A stretch of DNA of 64,000 nt from Ureibacillus sp. GTDB lineage: Bacteria > Bacillota > Bacilli > Bacillales_A > Planococcaceae. Each line of letters starts with the position of its first letter. Position 1 is the first letter of the stretch. Below the pieces are notes generated by a model. That model did not search any database, had not been told where the DNA came from, and saw nothing but the letters and a program-made list of their open reading frames with translations. Position numbers and translations under genes: made by a program. The stretch is taken from contig JAPSJC010000001.1 of NCBI GenBank assembly GCA_031178355.1, positions 124,669 to 188,668 on the forward strand, read 5' to 3'. Of this stretch, positions 62,822 through 64,000 are shown piece after piece.

Positions 62822-63636
62822 CAAAACAAATTAAAGAGCGTGTGGACGTTCTTTTAGTTGAAAGAGGATTGTGTGAAACACGCGAGAAAGCAAAACGCTC
62901 CATTATGGCTGGACTTGTTTATTCTAATGAAATGAGAATTGACAAAGCAGGCGAGAAAATCTCTGTTGATGCGCCTCTCCAAGTTAAAGGGACTCAATTA
63001 AAATATGTTAGTCGCGGTGGATTAAAGTTAGAAAAAGCATTAGAGATTTTTGATATGACTGTAGATGGTAAAATTATGTTAGACATAGGCTCATCTACAG
63101 GTGGTTTTACAGATTGTGCATTACAAAATGGTGCGAGTCACTGTTATGCACTTGATGTAGGAACAAACCAATTAGCATGGAAAATTCGATCTGATGAACG
63201 AGTTACAGTAATGGAAAAAACGAATTTTAGATATTCAAAGCCAGAAGATTTTGTTAATGGATTACCTAATTTTGCAACAATTGATGTATCGTTTATTTCT
63301 TTGTCTTTAATTTTACCCGTATTAAAAACGATTTTACTTCCTGGTGGAGATGTTATGGCACTTGTAAAGCCACAATTTGAAGCTGGAAAAGAAAACGTTG
63401 GAAAAAAAGGTATTGTAAGAGACCCTAAAGTACATCTTGATGTATTAGAGAGTATAGCCCAAATGGCTACAAATATTGGTTTTGTAGTGAAAGATGCATC
63501 ATTTTCGCCTATCACTGGTGGGGAAGGAAATATTGAATTTTTATTCCACCTTGTGAATCCTAAGGAAAATGAAATAATTGAACCGTTTACTGATTTTGGT
63601 ACAGTGGTTCAGTCATCACATCAACAACTTAAATAA
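62818..63636 (+). CDS. tlyA: TlyA family rRNA methyltransferase (YqxC)
   Basis: S4 domain, [35 protein letters not shown]. Confidence 0.93.
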   Translation: MTKQIKERVDVLLVERGLCETREKAKRSIMAGLVYSNEMRIDKAGEKISVDAPLQVKGTQLKYVSRGGLKLEKALEIFDMTVDGKIMLDIGSSTGGFTDCALQNGASHCYALDVGTNQLAWKIRSDERVTVMEKTNFRYSKPEDFVNGLPNFATIDVSFISLSLILPVLKTILLPGGDVMALVKPQFEAGKENVGKKGIVRDPKVHLDVLESIAQMATNIGFVVKDASFSPITGGEGNIEFLFHLVNPKENEIIEPFTDFGTVVQSSHQQLK

Positions 63637-63819
63637 ATTATGTATAAGAAAATTCATATTGGTTTTTGCTAAAAAGTCCCATAGTATGATTTCATACTGT
63701 TGGGACATTCTTTTTGTTATGAATAAAATTTGTATTATTGTTAATGGGAAGTAATGTCCCTTGTGGATTGTTGTTCAAAATGTTAGTATAAATATACATT
63801 AATATTCAGGGGTGTACAT

Positions 63820-64000
63820 ATGAACAAAGGTCAACGCCACATGAGAATTAGAGAAATTATTACAAACTATACTATTGAAACACAAGATGAAATTGTCGAT
63901 CGTTTGCGGGAAGCGGGCTATAATGTGACTCAGGCTACAGTTTCTAGGGATATTAAAGAATTGCATTTAGTTAAAGTACCGATGCAAGATGGTCGATATA
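63820..64000 (+). CDS. argR: Arginine repressor (3'-partial, absent from ORF track)
   Basis: Manual translation [60 protein letters not shown]. Confidence 0.95.
   Translation, partial: MNKGQRHMRIREIITNYTIETQDEIVDRLREAGYNVTQATVSRDIKELHLVKVPMQDGRY

Overview
AT-rich Firmicute chromosome segment, most consistent with a spore-forming Lysinibacillus/Ureibacillus-type (Caryophanaceae/Planococcaceae) organism; this is inferred from gene content and synteny, not from a search. The first ~12.6 kb is accessory-looking: a CoA ligase/SCP2-type thiolase/DUF35 module, a DMT transporter, an M48 peptidase, a PAS-GGDEF(degenerate)-EAL protein and an LnrJKLMN-like two-component/ABC exporter locus. The rest is syntenic with the Bacillus subtilis pbpA(yqgF)-to-ahrC core region: pbpA, pstSCAB-phoU with Pho boxes, T-box-controlled trpEG, rpmG, LTA synthase, comGA-GG, aroK, tandem glycine riboswitch-gcvT/PA/PB, lipM, class II RNR with NrdR boxes, aroQ, efp, spoIIIA, accBC, csp, glpK, nusB, folD, xseAB, ispA, dxs, tlyA and partial argR. 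I saw no CRISPR, prophage, IS, rRNA or tRNA. The most striking observation is a miniaturised spoIIIA engulfment/feeding-tube operon. It has no spoIIIAA/AB, an unannotated 44-aa membrane-only SpoIIIAF-like ORF, a SpoIIIAG apparently lacking most of its channel-forming insertion, and both sigma-E promoters retained. Other oddities are a trpEG-only T-box operon, absence of gluP/glcK around yqgQ, a probable premature stop in a SufR-like regulator, and ECF-type promoters in front of pbpA and the LTA synthase.
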